Below are positions 10,086 to 20,255 of a stretch of 64,000 nt of DNA, one piece after another (position 1 is the first letter of the stretch; each line of letters opens with the position of its first letter). The notes below the pieces were generated by a model. The model worked only from the letters and a program-made list of their open reading frames with translations. It searched no databases and had not been told where the DNA came from. Both the position numbers and the translations under genes were made by a program. Source of the DNA: Candidatus Gottesmanbacteria bacterium (lineage in GTDB: Bacteria > Patescibacteriota > Microgenomatia > UBA10105 > UBA927); assembly GCA_963701185.1 (NCBI GenBank), contig OY969569.1:731548-795547 (forward strand). The letters run 5' to 3'.

Positions 10086-10757
10086 TTAATAAAATAATTC
10101 AAATTTCACTTGGGTATCGGGTACGCCTGCATCCTTCAATTTCACTCGCACATCCTCCACCATCGCTTTATTACCACAAAGGTAGTACTCCGATTCTCTG
10201 AGGTTTGTCCGGGAAAATAGGTGATCCTGTACATGCCCCCGTTTCCCTCCCCATACATCGCTGGGTTGGGAAAGAATAATATGGAGTGCGGCGGCGCCAA
10301 ACTCTTTTTGCCAAAATATATCTTCTTCATGCCGCAATCCCCAATACACTTCCATCATGTCGGAGGGGTGATCCCCGATCATGGAGTGAAACGGGGCAAT
10401 CCCCGTCCCTGTCGCGACTAATATCTTCCCACGAGGAGACTCCTTGTAGGTAAAATTCCCCAGCGGCCCCATCAATTCCATCTGATCTCCGACCTTGGCT
10501 GCCAAGGTCCATTTCGAATACACTCCCATGGGCGACACGTCATGGATGAGCATAATGGAAGTTTTTTCCGACGGAGGCGAGGCGATGGACATTGTACGGT
10601 TAACTCCAGGCGCAACATAGAGCATCACCGTCTGTCCTGCAAGAAAGGTAATTTCTTTAGGTTCGATGAGTTCGAACCGCTCCAGATACACCTTGCTCGA
10701 TATTTTTTCGATCGCGGTGAGCCGGGATTTAAATTTTTGCGGTTTAGGAAGCAACAT
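10086..10757 (-). CDS. FAD/NAD(P)-binding ferredoxin-reductase-type oxidoreductase
   Basis: RTMSIAS, GPLG, ATGTGIAP, YLCG, terminal ELFY. Confidence 0.85.
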   Translation of the reverse strand: MLLPKPQKFKSRLTAIEKISSKVYLERFELIEPKEITFLAGQTVMLYVAPGVNRTMSIASPPSEKTSIMLIHDVSPMGVYSKWTLAAKVGDQMELMGPLGNFTYKESPRGKILVATGTGIAPFHSMIGDHPSDMMEVYWGLRHEEDIFWQKEFGAAALHIILSQPSDVWGGKRGHVQDHLFSRTNLRESEYYLCGNKAMVEDVRVKLKDAGVPDTQVKFELFY

Positions 10758-11676
10758 ATTTTTGTACGTCAAGGGCGGCCATACATCCCATGCCGGCCGC
10801 TACCACGGCTTGGCGGTATTGGAAATCCACACAATCCCCGGCGGCAAAGATCCCGGGGACCGTGGTTGCCGTATGGTAATCCCCGGGTTTTTGCAACCCG
10901 TGGACAATGACATATCCTTTCGGATCAAGGGAAAGCGTTTCTTTGAGAAATTCGGTGTTGGGTTTGTGTCCGATGGCTAAAAACACTCCTTGAGCCGGGT
11001 ACGCTTCTCCTTTACCGGTTACCACATCTTTGATACGCACCCCTGTCACAGTAGAATCACCCAAAATTTCTTCGATGATTTTATTGGTCAGCATCGCGAT
11101 TTTAGGATTCTTTCTAGCACGTTCCAGCATGATAGGGCTTGCCCGGAATTCAGCCCGTCTGTGGATGATGGTCACGCGAGTTGCAAACGTTGTCAGAAAA
11201 TTTGCTTCCTCCATCGCGGTATCTCCGCCTCCGACGACGACAACTTCTTTTCCGCGGAAGAAAAATCCGTCGCACGTGGCACAGGCGGATACGCCGCGGC
11301 CGGCCAGTTTTGTTTCCGACGGCAATCCCAAATACTGTGCTGCCGCGCCTGTTGCCACAATTACGGTTTTTGTTTCATACGAACCGTTTTCTGTTTTTAC
11401 AAAAAACGTGTTATTATTTTTTTTAACCTTCGTTACGATCTCCTGCTTTATTTCCGTACCAAAACGCACGACCTGCTCCTGCATGTCCATCATCAGTTGC
11501 GGTCCGGTGATCCCTTTGGGAAACCCCGGAAAATTTTCCACTTCCGTCGTCGTGGTCAGCTGCCCGCCCGGCTGTATCCCGGAAATGATGAGTGTTTTAA
11601 GAAAAGCCCGTGAGGTGTAGAGTGCGGCCGTATATCCTGCCGGGCCGCTGCCGATAATGACGACATCGTAGATCAT
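10744..11676 (-). CDS. trxB: Thioredoxin reductase
   Basis: GSGPAG, CATCDG, GGGDTA, FAAGD. Confidence 0.95.
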   Translation of the reverse strand: MIYDVVIIGSGPAGYTAALYTSRAFLKTLIISGIQPGGQLTTTTEVENFPGFPKGITGPQLMMDMQEQVVRFGTEIKQEIVTKVKKNNNTFFVKTENGSYETKTVIVATGAAAQYLGLPSETKLAGRGVSACATCDGFFFRGKEVVVVGGGDTAMEEANFLTTFATRVTIIHRRAEFRASPIMLERARKNPKIAMLTNKIIEEILGDSTVTGVRIKDVVTGKGEAYPAQGVFLAIGHKPNTEFLKETLSLDPKGYVIVHGLQKPGDYHTATTVPGIFAAGDCVDFQYRQAVVAAGMGCMAALDVQKYVAS

Positions 11677-11680
11677 ACGA

Positions 11681-12004
11681 TTAATTGATGAGTTTATTGA
11701 GTTCACTCATGAGAGTCTCTTTGCTCTGTACACCAATAAACTGCTTTACCACGGTTCCCCCTTTGAAAATCATCAGGGTCGGGATGCTCATAATGCCGAA
11801 TTTCTGGGAAATAGCCGGATTTTCATCCACATTTAGTTTTCCTACTTTCGCTTTGCCGTCCATGACCGCAGCAACTTCTTCTACAATCGGCCCCTGTATC
11901 TGGCACGGACCGCACCAGACCGCCCAAAAATCCACCAGCACTGGTGTATTATGTTTTAACACTTCCGTATCGAAATTTGCATCCGTTATCGTTACATCTG
12001 CCAT
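11681..12004 (-). CDS. trxA: Thioredoxin
   Basis: WCGPC, SIPT. Confidence 0.95.
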   Translation of the reverse strand: MADVTITDANFDTEVLKHNTPVLVDFWAVWCGPCQIQGPIVEEVAAVMDGKAKVGKLNVDENPAISQKFGIMSIPTLMIFKGGTVVKQFIGVQSKETLMSELNKLIN

Positions 12005-12067
12005 ATATACTCCTCCTTCAGAGTTATCAGTGTACCATTCCTTATTTTATTGTACAATACAATTCTT

Positions 12068-12493
12068 ATGCGAATATTTTTTGCAGGTCCGCTGACTGAT
12101 CTCAGAAATCCGACGGTTACCAAAGCATTCTACCGCCGATTGGCCGCCGTGGCTCGCACAAACGGTTTTGACTACTTTTGGGCATTTTTAAACGGCACCG
12201 ATCCGGTTTTAAATCCCGACGTATCACCGAAAGAAGTCTACCGGGTCGATACCAAACAATTATCTCAAAGCGATTTCATGGTTGCCTACATGGGTGAACC
12301 CTCAACCGGTACCGGCATTGAGATCGAATATGCCAAAGCGCATAACATTCCCGTCTATATTCTCTACGAAAAAGGCAGGCGTATTTCCCGCATGCTGCGC
12401 GGCTGTCCCGCAATAAAAAAAGAAATCGTATTCACCTCCCCCGAAGATGGGCTCAAACAATTCGATACCCTGCTTTCAAAACTACGTCTGTGA
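12068..12493 (+). CDS. Nucleoside 2-deoxyribosyltransferase / dNMP N-glycosidase family
   Basis: IFFAGP...D...PSTGTGIEIEYA motif. Confidence 0.75.
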   Translation: MRIFFAGPLTDLRNPTVTKAFYRRLAAVARTNGFDYFWAFLNGTDPVLNPDVSPKEVYRVDTKQLSQSDFMVAYMGEPSTGTGIEIEYAKAHNIPVYILYEKGRRISRMLRGCPAIKKEIVFTSPEDGLKQFDTLLSKLRL

Positions 12494-12653
12494 TCTTCAT
12501 TTCTGCGATTTTTTTTTCGTCAAATTCCACCTGCAGCGTTTGTTTTACATAATTGCAATTGGCTTTCACCCCTGCATCCTCAAGATCGCTTTCAATCATA
12601 AGCGCGCAGCTTGTGCAGTGCATGCCGTCAATTTTATATGTTTTTTTGATCAT
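12453..12653 (-). CDS. HMA-domain metal chaperone (CopZ-like)
   Basis: GMHCTSC. Confidence 0.85.
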   Translation of the reverse strand: MIKKTYKIDGMHCTSCALMIESDLEDAGVKANCNYVKQTLQVEFDEKKIAEMKITDVVLKAGYRIV

Positions 12654-12657
12654 AGAG

Positions 12658-13647
12658 TTAATCCGCCACGGTAAATGCGCCGGTATACATGCCCATACTG
12701 CAGGAATACGCAAGCCGGCCGCTCTTTTGGGGGGTAAATTCAATCGTCTCATCACCCGTCACGGGCAAAACTTTGGAAATATTGAGATCCGGGATAGTGA
12801 ATGCTCTTGCACACCCCTGCGTATTATTCGTTGCGAGGGTGAGATGCACCGGAACGCCGCGTTTCAGCGTGTTTGCGCTCGCTGCATACCCGTGGCTGGT
12901 TACCGTAATCGTGACGTCCTGTACCCCACCCGTAACCTCGGCCGTACTACCCACGGTAAACTCCCCGGTGGCCGCGCGGTAGTAATTTTGAAGTGTATAC
13001 GGCGAACCCATAAGTCCCAGCCCCCCATTTACAGACAGGATAGCAAATACGAATATGATTGCCGCCGCCGCATAGGAGAATACTTTCTTTTGGAGAAGCT
13101 CCACAACTGTCGCACCGAGTATAAAAAAGACCGGACTCGTGCCCAATATAAATGCAAACATGATGGCCGCGCCACTAAATGGATTGCCGCTGGCAACTGC
13201 AACCGCCATGGTGGCCTGGGTAATCCCGCAGGGCAACAGAATCGTCAGGAAACCCAATAGTGCGGGGGCAAACAAAGACTTACTCCTACTGGTATTTTTC
13301 ATCATCCGGAATGTCCAGCGCGGCGGCGTAATGACGAAATATCGAAAGACTGGGTGCGCATCAATGATCCGCAGGGCTGTCGCGATCATGAATAAGCCTG
13401 CCCCAATCTGCACCCATCCCAACAGTTTCGGCGTCAGGGTTAATGTTGACCCGATAAGTCCGAGAAGAAACCCAAGGAGTGTATAGGCGAAAAGCTTGAA
13501 GACCACAAACATGCCCATCTGCTGCCACCTGTTTGATTCGTTATTGATTGCAGAGGCTAACAGCCCTCCCTGCACAGCCAGGCACGAAATGCCGCCTGTG
13601 GTAAGTCCTGTCAGAAACGCAAGCCACACGAGATTCATAGAGGACAT
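12658..13647 (-). CDS. DsbD_2-type membrane protein with C-terminal cupredoxin-like domain
   Basis: GGISCLAVQGG and LPCG in the TM part; CSMGMY at the C-terminus. Confidence 0.75.
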   Translation of the reverse strand: MSSMNLVWLAFLTGLTTGGISCLAVQGGLLASAINNESNRWQQMGMFVVFKLFAYTLLGFLLGLIGSTLTLTPKLLGWVQIGAGLFMIATALRIIDAHPVFRYFVITPPRWTFRMMKNTSRSKSLFAPALLGFLTILLPCGITQATMAVAVASGNPFSGAAIMFAFILGTSPVFFILGATVVELLQKKVFSYAAAAIIFVFAILSVNGGLGLMGSPYTLQNYYRAATGEFTVGSTAEVTGGVQDVTITVTSHGYAASANTLKRGVPVHLTLATNNTQGCARAFTIPDLNISKVLPVTGDETIEFTPQKSGRLAYSCSMGMYTGAFTVAD

Positions 13648-13680
13648 TGTACCGTATAAACTGACTCCGATACAACGCTT

Positions 13681-13860
13681 CTAGCTCACGTATTGTGATG
13701 AGTTTTTATCAAACATCTTTTTACAGCTTTCTGAACAAAATCCAAATTCTTTCCCGTTGTAAACACTCTTAAACTTTGCCGTACTGACAGTTACCGTCAT
13801 ACCGCAAACAGGGTCTTTCGTTTTTCCTTCACCGGAAAATAGTTTTTTTAGAAAATTCAT
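13681..13860 (-). CDS. YHS-domain small protein
   Basis: Manual translation, 59 aa: KDPVCGM...FCSESCKKMF. Confidence 0.8.
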   Translation of the reverse strand: MNFLKKLFSGEGKTKDPVCGMTVTVSTAKFKSVYNGKEFGFCSESCKKMFDKNSSQYVS

Positions 13861-13868
13861 AGTTTTTA

Positions 13869-14096
13869 TTAAACGATCTCTCCCTTCTTTTCAAGCATCA
13901 TGTGATGCATCGTTGCCACCTGAACCCATATCGCGATAAGAATAAGAATACCGGTGCAAAGTAATACGTCCACCTTCGAGATTCCGAGGAGAGTTTCTGA
14001 TCCACCTAAAACGGCAACTGCAAATAAAATAACACCGATAACCCCGACGCCAACACTCACAACATGCAGTAATTTCGATAATTTCATACTCTTCAC
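13869..14096 (-). CDS. Small 2-TM membrane protein
   Basis: Hydrophobic 75-aa ORF within the operon; GGAGGTG at the start. Confidence 0.6.
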   Translation of the reverse strand: MKSMKLSKLLHVVSVGVGVIGVILFAVAVLGGSETLLGISKVDVLLCTGILILIAIWVQVATMHHMMLEKKGEIV

Positions 14097-14102
14097 CTCC
14101 TT

Positions 14103-16318
14103 CTAAAGTTTTTCTCTACGGAGTAGCAGAGCGTTAAATACGACGATCACTGAGGAGGCGCTCATAAGGAGCGCTGCCCATTCAGGCCGAAGTAAGATAC
14201 CGAATGCCGGATACAAAACTCCCGCTGCCGTGGGAATGGCAAACACGTTGTATCCTGTCGCCCATATGAGATTTTGTACCATTTTCGCATTCGTCTTTCG
14301 GCTCAAAGAAATAGCCTTCACAACATCGAGCGGATTGTTTTTCATAAGGACTATACTTGCCGATTCAATAGCGACATCGGTTCCCGCGCCTATTGCGATA
14401 CCCACGTGGGATTGTGTGAGGCTTGGGGCATCGTTCACGCCATCACCAACCATCGCGACAATATGGCCGTGTTTTTGTAGTTCTTTAACTTTATTTACCT
14501 TGTCGTCCGGTAGTACGTGCGCAAATACCGTATCAACATGTAACTGGCGCCCTATGACATCCGCTACATCCTGCGTATCCCCGGTGAGCATTGCGGTTTT
14601 AATACCCATCTCGTGCAACCGTTCAATTGCTTCTTTAGATTCATCACGAATGATATCGGAAAGATACATGGCACCCTGAAATACGTTATCTATCGCAATG
14701 TAGACCGGGGTTTTTCCTTTCATCTGCTGGATTTTAGACGGAAGCGCGATATGGAGCTCATCCAAAAGCGTTTTGTTGCCGACAACGACTTTTTTACCTT
14801 TCACAACTCCAGCAGCTCCTTTCCCCGGATATGACTTAAAGTTCTGTTACTTCGGGAATAGGTAATATTTTGTTTTTTTGCTTCATTTACGATCCCCTGG
14901 GCGATTGAATGTTGGGATTTTACCTCCACCGCACTTGCTAAGGACAATAAATCTTTATCTGATATTTTTGAACCTTTGGTTTGGACGATCTGATTGATAC
15001 CGAATTCACCGCGGGTAAGCGTTCCTGTTTTGTCAAAGACGACATAATCAATTTTCCGGGCGATCTCGAGCCCTTTCATGTCTTTGATAAGGATGCCGTT
15101 TTTTGCGCCGAGCGTAGACGTGATGGTGGTTACCGTAGGAATAGCCAGGCCGAGAGCGTGCGGACAGGCAACCACAATTGCAGCTACGGCTACCGTTGCA
15201 GCAAAAACTGCGCCTTGAGGAAAAATAAACATCCAGAATACAAATGACAATAATCCTGCAACGACTGCAACATAAAATAAGACTGCCGCTGCCCGATCGG
15301 CGAGGTGCTGTACATTGGGTTTTGACATCTGCGCTTCGCGGATAAGTTTCATGATTTGAGAAATCGCGGTATCTGCGCCGGTTCTCGTAACCTCAATGGT
15401 GAGTGCCCCGTCCTGATTGAGCGTTCCGCCGATAACTTTATCGTCCTTCGCTTTACTGACGGGGCGCGATTCACCGGTCACCATCGATTCGTTTACCGAA
15501 CTTTCTCCTTCCACTATTATGCCGTCAATGGGAATTTTTTCTCCGGGCTTGACCAATAAACGGCTGCCGATAACGACGTCACTGGTACCAACGTCCACGA
15601 TCGTTCCGTTTTTAACCAGATGTGCCGACGGAGGGATAAGTTTGGCAAGCTCGGCAAGTGCTCCTGTTGCGCCACGAACAGCCCGCATTTCCAGCCAGTG
15701 GCCGAGTAAAAAGACGGAGATTAAGGTGGCAATTTCCCAGTAGAGTGACTCCCCGGGAAAAAGAAACGTTGCGGCAACGGAAAACGTATACCCGACGGTA
15801 ATGGCAAACGCGACCAGGGTCATCATTCCCGGATTTCTTTTGGATAGTTCGCCTTTGGCTGCCTTAAAAAACGGAATACCGCCAAAAAAATAAATAAACG
15901 TGCCGATCACAAATTGGAGTATGGCAAGTCCGGTGAATACTGCCTGAAAACCGAGCCATTTCTGAATATTCGGAGATAAAAGCATCGTGATGAGAACGAG
16001 CGGAAGGGTAATGAAGAAACGTCGTCGGAAATCCTTCTCCATAGAACTATGATCTTCATGTCCTTCGTGGGAAGAAGTCATCGGAACAAGCTTCATGCCG
16101 CATTTCGGACAATCCCCGGGTTTTTCCGTAATGACATCGGGGTCCATCGGACACGTATACAGGGTACCCGTATTCCCCTGCGCTTTTTGGTGACGTTCGC
16201 CCATAGCGGGAACCAATTTCATACCGCATTTGGGGCATGTACCGGGCCTGGAAGACGTAACCTCTTCATGCATCGGGCACGTATATATTTTGTGTTCAAT
16301 CTGTTTCATGTGGAGCAT
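14103..16318 (-). pseudogene. Copper P1B-type ATPase (CPH, CopB-like), frameshifted near 14830-14865 (real or sequencing error)
   Basis: Two YTCPM..CPKCGM domains, TGES, CPHALGL, DKTGT in ORF 14801-16378; MLTGD, GDGVND in ORF 14103-14804; FKSYPGKG continues in a shifted frame. Confidence 0.85.
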
Positions 16319-16376
16319 CCTTGATCCCCTGTTTTTGACCCACGTCCTCGTATCACTATACCATACAGAAATATAC

Positions 16377-16393
16377 ATTAAGATTCTATGAAA
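16377..16393 (-). promoter_or_regulatory. Direct-repeat box (CTTCAT-N5-CTTCAT family) upstream of the ATPase
   Basis: Sense TTTCAT-agaat-CTTAAT; five similar boxes elsewhere in the island. Confidence 0.5.
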
Positions 16394-16398
16394 ATCTG

Positions 16399-16758
16399 TT
16401 ATTTTTGCTGTGCCATTTCTATTTTATGCTCGGCAATTCCCAGGGCTTCGGCCCCTGATATCAGAGGCAATTCGGAATTTTGAAATTCCTTTGATTGAAG
16501 CAAATTGTTGAGTTCTTCCGGCGTGGTCAGTTCTGCGTGGAAGAAAATTTCAACGGCAGAACGCTCCGGGTTGACTTTGGCATCGACAACATGACGCTGT
16601 ACTTTTAGCTTTTGCTCTATGAGCTTGGGATCTAGACTTTGCAATTCTTTCGGCAGCGGAAGTGTCACAGCGGGCATGAGTGTCATTCCACACTTCGGAC
16701 AGCGCCCTGGTTTATCTAACAGTACTTCCTTGTGCATCGGACAGGTATACATAGTCAT
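16399..16758 (-). CDS. Heavy-metal-binding domain protein
   Basis: YTCPMH...PGRCPKCGM. Confidence 0.75.
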   Translation of the reverse strand: MTMYTCPMHKEVLLDKPGRCPKCGMTLMPAVTLPLPKELQSLDPKLIEQKLKVQRHVVDAKVNPERSAVEIFFHAELTTPEELNNLLQSKEFQNSELPLISGAEALGIAEHKIEMAQQK

Positions 16759-16770
16759 ATGTCTATTGTA

Positions 16771-17397
16771 CTAGACTTTCATGAAAAAAGAAGGAAACCA
16801 TCCGGGAGTTACTTTTTTGTAACGTTGATAATCGTCTCCAAACGTCTCTTCCATTTCTCTCTCTTCAGTACTCGCTAGCCGGATATACCGCCAAATAAGG
16901 ATGGGCGCCATGATAAGGGTAACAAGGGTCGGCCATTGAAGAAGGAAGCCAAAAATAATGAGGATAAATGCGACATACTGTGGATGACGGATATATGTAT
17001 AGATGCTGGTAGTCGCCAGCCGGCGCTCTTTCTGTGCCTTATAGAGCACTTCCCAGGATTTTCCAAGAAGGATAATGCCGCCGATAATCAAAACATTGCT
17101 GACAATATGTAATATATCAAAATGCGGATCGCCCTTGATTCCCAGCAATGTATTGAGAATATGGCCTTTATCATGGGTATAATCCAGCCCGAAACGGTTA
17201 CCGAAGAATGAAGTCAAAAGGTAAATGGTAAGCGGAAATCCGTACATTTCAGCAAAAAGCGCTACGATAAACGCACCCATGGACCGGAATGTCGTCCAGT
17301 CGGTTTTTGTCCTTGGTTTAAACGCGCTTTTGATAAAGAAAAGGAATATGACGATGTTAAAGATGGCAAACAGCCAATTTCCGTATCCGTTGTCCAT
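16771..17397 (-). CDS. ICMT/PEMT-family membrane methyltransferase
   Basis: LFAEMYGFPL, YIRHPQY, EEREMEETFG. Confidence 0.8.
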   Translation of the reverse strand: MDNGYGNWLFAIFNIVIFLFFIKSAFKPRTKTDWTTFRSMGAFIVALFAEMYGFPLTIYLLTSFFGNRFGLDYTHDKGHILNTLLGIKGDPHFDILHIVSNVLIIGGIILLGKSWEVLYKAQKERRLATTSIYTYIRHPQYVAFILIIFGFLLQWPTLVTLIMAPILIWRYIRLASTEEREMEETFGDDYQRYKKVTPGWFPSFFMKV

Positions 17398-17422
17398 ATG
17401 GCAGCAGTATAAGACATCAAAG

Positions 17423-17439
17423 ATGAAGATTATGTGATG
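17423..17439 (-). promoter_or_regulatory. Direct-repeat box upstream of the methyltransferase
   Basis: Sense CATCAC-ataat-CTTCAT, 11 nt before TATACT. Confidence 0.55.
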
Positions 17440-17456
17440 ATTCTGGTGGTGTCTGA

Positions 17457-18203
17457 TTACGATGCTAATCTGACTAATTTAGCCTTCACATTGAGACGTT
17501 TCCATGTTGTACCGGGCGGAACACAGGTAATAAGCGTAATGTACGAATTATCAAATTGTTGCTCCAATGGTGAAAGGTCTGTGGGGTCAGTAACGGTCAT
17601 GTCAAAAATGACATACCGGTACTCCACCCCGTCATAGGTAACAAATATTTCATCACCGCGTTTCAGCGTCGGGAGTGTCGAGAAAATAGTTTTATAATCC
17701 GTGGGATTGAATAACTGAGGCAGCGTAGAGTGTCCGAACACGATTGTGGTGCCGTACTCCCCCGGAAGGCCTGTGCCGCCGTAATGAATGAGACTCTTGC
17801 TAAGGTCATTACCCCCTATAACGACGCTTGCATCTTTTATTTTTAGCTTCGGAATAGACAACGTGTATGCATTGACCGGAGAAACTACTTTTTTTTGCGG
17901 TTTTGTGGGATACCATGAATTTGCATCCGTTGATGTATCCCCGCCGGGAGTTATTTGTCCGGCCGCTAAAACCACGGGCGAAAGTCCTGTTTCGGTGTCG
18001 GCAACAGGTGAAATAATCTTAGCTATAAACGGAGCCGTAAATATGGTAAACGATAAGATCGGCCAAAAAGTCCATAGCAATATTGAAACTCCAAGGATTA
18101 TGAATACTGCCGATAACTTTTCTGAGTGTTTTCGTCGTTGCCAAAAAAATTGTTTTTTTTGAAAATCGCCCGGTTGGGCTTTAACGTATCGATACAGCGC
18201 CAT
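17457..18203 (-). CDS. Sortase
   Basis: N-terminal TM, FGHS, TLITC, downstream Arg. Confidence 0.85.
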   Translation of the reverse strand: MALYRYVKAQPGDFQKKQFFWQRRKHSEKLSAVFIILGVSILLWTFWPILSFTIFTAPFIAKIISPVADTETGLSPVVLAAGQITPGGDTSTDANSWYPTKPQKKVVSPVNAYTLSIPKLKIKDASVVIGGNDLSKSLIHYGGTGLPGEYGTTIVFGHSTLPQLFNPTDYKTIFSTLPTLKRGDEIFVTYDGVEYRYVIFDMTVTDPTDLSPLEQQFDNSYITLITCVPPGTTWKRLNVKAKLVRLAS

Positions 18204-18218
18204 ATAGATGAGCGACTC

Positions 18219-18389
18219 TTAATGTTTGTGTCCCCCATCCTTCATCATCCAGACATGAAGAAGCGGGCAGAGAAGGAGCGCTCCTGCAAACAGAAGAGTT
18301 TCCACAGATACTTTAAACATGGTAACCGCGACAACGGCCAGTGCGATCACTCCCAGACAAATGACTCCGACACGACCTGCCTCCTTCAT
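18219..18389 (-). CDS. Small membrane protein, DUF2933-like
   Basis: Manual translation, 56 aa ending LLLCPLLHVWMMKDGGHKH. Confidence 0.65.
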   Translation of the reverse strand: MKEAGRVGVICLGVIALAVVAVTMFKVSVETLLFAGALLLCPLLHVWMMKDGGHKH

Positions 18390-18423
18390 GCGATCAGTAT
18401 AAAAAACAGAGTATTATGAAAGC

Positions 18424-18440
18424 ATGAAGGAGGGGTGAAG
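18424..18440 (-). promoter_or_regulatory. Direct-repeat box upstream of the DUF2933-like gene
   Basis: Sense CTTCAC-ccctc-CTTCAT. Confidence 0.55.
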
Positions 18441-18450
18441 ACTTCTTCAT

Positions 18451-19110
18451 TTAAAGCTTTGCCACCTCCGCGAGCATCTCCTTGTTTCTGACTGCCATCT
18501 GGGCATCATCAAGCGTAGATCGAACGATCCCGTCTTTATCAATTAAGATGTATGTATGTCCGGGAAATTGGCCCCTGTGCATTGACGAGTTGAGCGTTAA
18601 TACGCCGAACAGATTAGAAACCGACCGGTCCGGATCCAAAAGTACGGTGTTGCCGGCGAGCTCCGGCATCTTGTCAATTGCCTGCTTCCATTCCTCTTTT
18701 GTGTTAACCGTAATATTGAAAACCGCCGTATTTTTGGCTGCAAAATCTTTATCCTGGCCAAAAGCGATTATCTGATTCCAACAGGCCGGATAGCACATCA
18801 GACCCTCGTTAAAGAAAAGAACCACGTTTTTACCGCGAAAGTCTTTAAGGCTGATTGTTTTCCCATCATAACTGGGTGCCGTAAAATCCGGTGCAGGCGT
18901 ATTGATAAGGCTATCAAAAATAGCTGAATCTGCCGGCTTTGGTTTATGATGATCTGCCATCGAATCACCGGCGGCCGGCGTTTGCGCCTGTGTATTGACC
19001 GTTGCTGAGCCCGAATTTTTGATACATAGGGCTCCTAATATTACTACTGCCACAATAACTTCAGTGGCAATGATGACGATGTGTTTCTCAGTGAATTTCA
19101 TGATGTTCAC
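18451..19110 (-). CDS. Membrane-anchored redoxin (AhpC/TSA-like)
   Basis: APDFT...LKDFRGKNVVLFF, CYPAC, ILIDKDG. Confidence 0.8.
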   Translation of the reverse strand: MNIMKFTEKHIVIIATEVIVAVVILGALCIKNSGSATVNTQAQTPAAGDSMADHHKPKPADSAIFDSLINTPAPDFTAPSYDGKTISLKDFRGKNVVLFFNEGLMCYPACWNQIIAFGQDKDFAAKNTAVFNITVNTKEEWKQAIDKMPELAGNTVLLDPDRSVSNLFGVLTLNSSMHRGQFPGHTYILIDKDGIVRSTLDDAQMAVRNKEMLAEVAKL

Positions 19111-19981
19111 CTCCTTTCATAAATTTTTTTCTGTCCATCCATTGCTTCAAGGCTTCTATAATAATTGCTCCAATAATGAGGACGAAAATACCGGCCCAAA
19201 CAGGTTCAGGAATAATTCCGGTATAGGTACCGATGAATTGAGTGAGCCGGGCTATGTAAATAGTAACGGATAGCTGGTACGTGTTTTGCATCGTAAGCTG
19301 ATTGGTGATGGTGAGATACAGAATGAGTATGCCTATAAAAAAGTACATACTGCCGGAAACAACGTTGGAAAGCGTGCTGGTGATCGTAAGCCTGAAAAGT
19401 TTGAAGGTCATGGGAGTTCTCAGCACCAATAGTTTTTGCGTGATGCGTGTTTTATCCAGAACTGCCGACAATACAAACAGCGGTATGACCATACCCAACA
19501 CATAGGTTATTGTGTACAGGGCGCCCCAAAGATATGAGCCTGGTAATGCGGACAGCGTAAGGACTCCGGCCAGGACCGGTGCACAACAGGTCGTCGCTAT
19601 CGCTGAAAATATGCCCAAAATAAAAATGGAAACCATGTCATATTTTTTAAATTCCGGGTGGGCAATCATCGGCAAAGAAAATTGTTTCCCTAAAAGGAGC
19701 GAAATACCAAGAAGCACCAGAAATGAAGCACCACCGAAAAATAATGCGTCGTGATACTGCCTAAACAACATGGATACTGCCGCTGTCCCTAGCCCGATCG
19801 GAATAAATACAGCTAAAAGTCCTAAGAAGTAGACAAACGTCATCAAAAAAACCGTACGTTTTTGTTTCACGACGGAAGCAAAGTACGTAGGAAGCAGCAC
19901 GGTAATGCAGCAGGGTGCCGCGAGCGCCGCAATTCCGGCAATAAAAGCAGACACGAGTGACGCACTCACAAGTACATCCAT
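19088..19981 (-). CDS. CcdA/DsbD-type thiol-redox membrane protein
   Basis: APCCITVLLP and TTCCAPVL. Confidence 0.8.
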   Translation of the reverse strand: MDVLVSASLVSAFIAGIAALAAPCCITVLLPTYFASVVKQKRTVFLMTFVYFLGLLAVFIPIGLGTAAVSMLFRQYHDALFFGGASFLVLLGISLLLGKQFSLPMIAHPEFKKYDMVSIFILGIFSAIATTCCAPVLAGVLTLSALPGSYLWGALYTITYVLGMVIPLFVLSAVLDKTRITQKLLVLRTPMTFKLFRLTITSTLSNVVSGSMYFFIGILILYLTITNQLTMQNTYQLSVTIYIARLTQFIGTYTGIIPEPVWAGIFVLIIGAIIIEALKQWMDRKKFMKGGEHHEIH

Positions 19982-19995
19982 ATTCCAAGAAGTTT

Positions 19996-20184
19996 TTAGC
20001 AACAACCTCCCCCGCTATGTTGTCGGGGCTTACCCACAAACTGCTGTTGGTTTTTATCAAATTGGGCTTGACAGCTTTCGGAACAGAACCTATACGTCGT
20101 TCCGTTATGGCGTGTCTGATATGGAGACTCTCCGACTCCCATTCCACAGACCGGATCCTTTGACTTTTTAGAAAACCAATTCAT
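19996..20184 (-). CDS. YHS-domain small protein
   Basis: KDPVCGM...FCSESC; C-terminal GGCC. Confidence 0.8.
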   Translation of the reverse strand: MNWFSKKSKDPVCGMGVGESPYQTRHNGTTYRFCSESCQAQFDKNQQQFVGKPRQHSGGGCC

Positions 20185-20238
20185 AGATATCTCCTTTCAG
20201 GAACAATCAGTATGAGCTTTCATTGTAGAGACTGTGGT

Positions 20239-20255
20239 ATGAAGAAATTATGAGG
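20239..20255 (-). promoter_or_regulatory. Direct-repeat box upstream of YHS/ccdA/redoxin
   Basis: Sense CCTCAT-aattt-CTTCAT, 11 nt before TACAAT. Confidence 0.55.
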
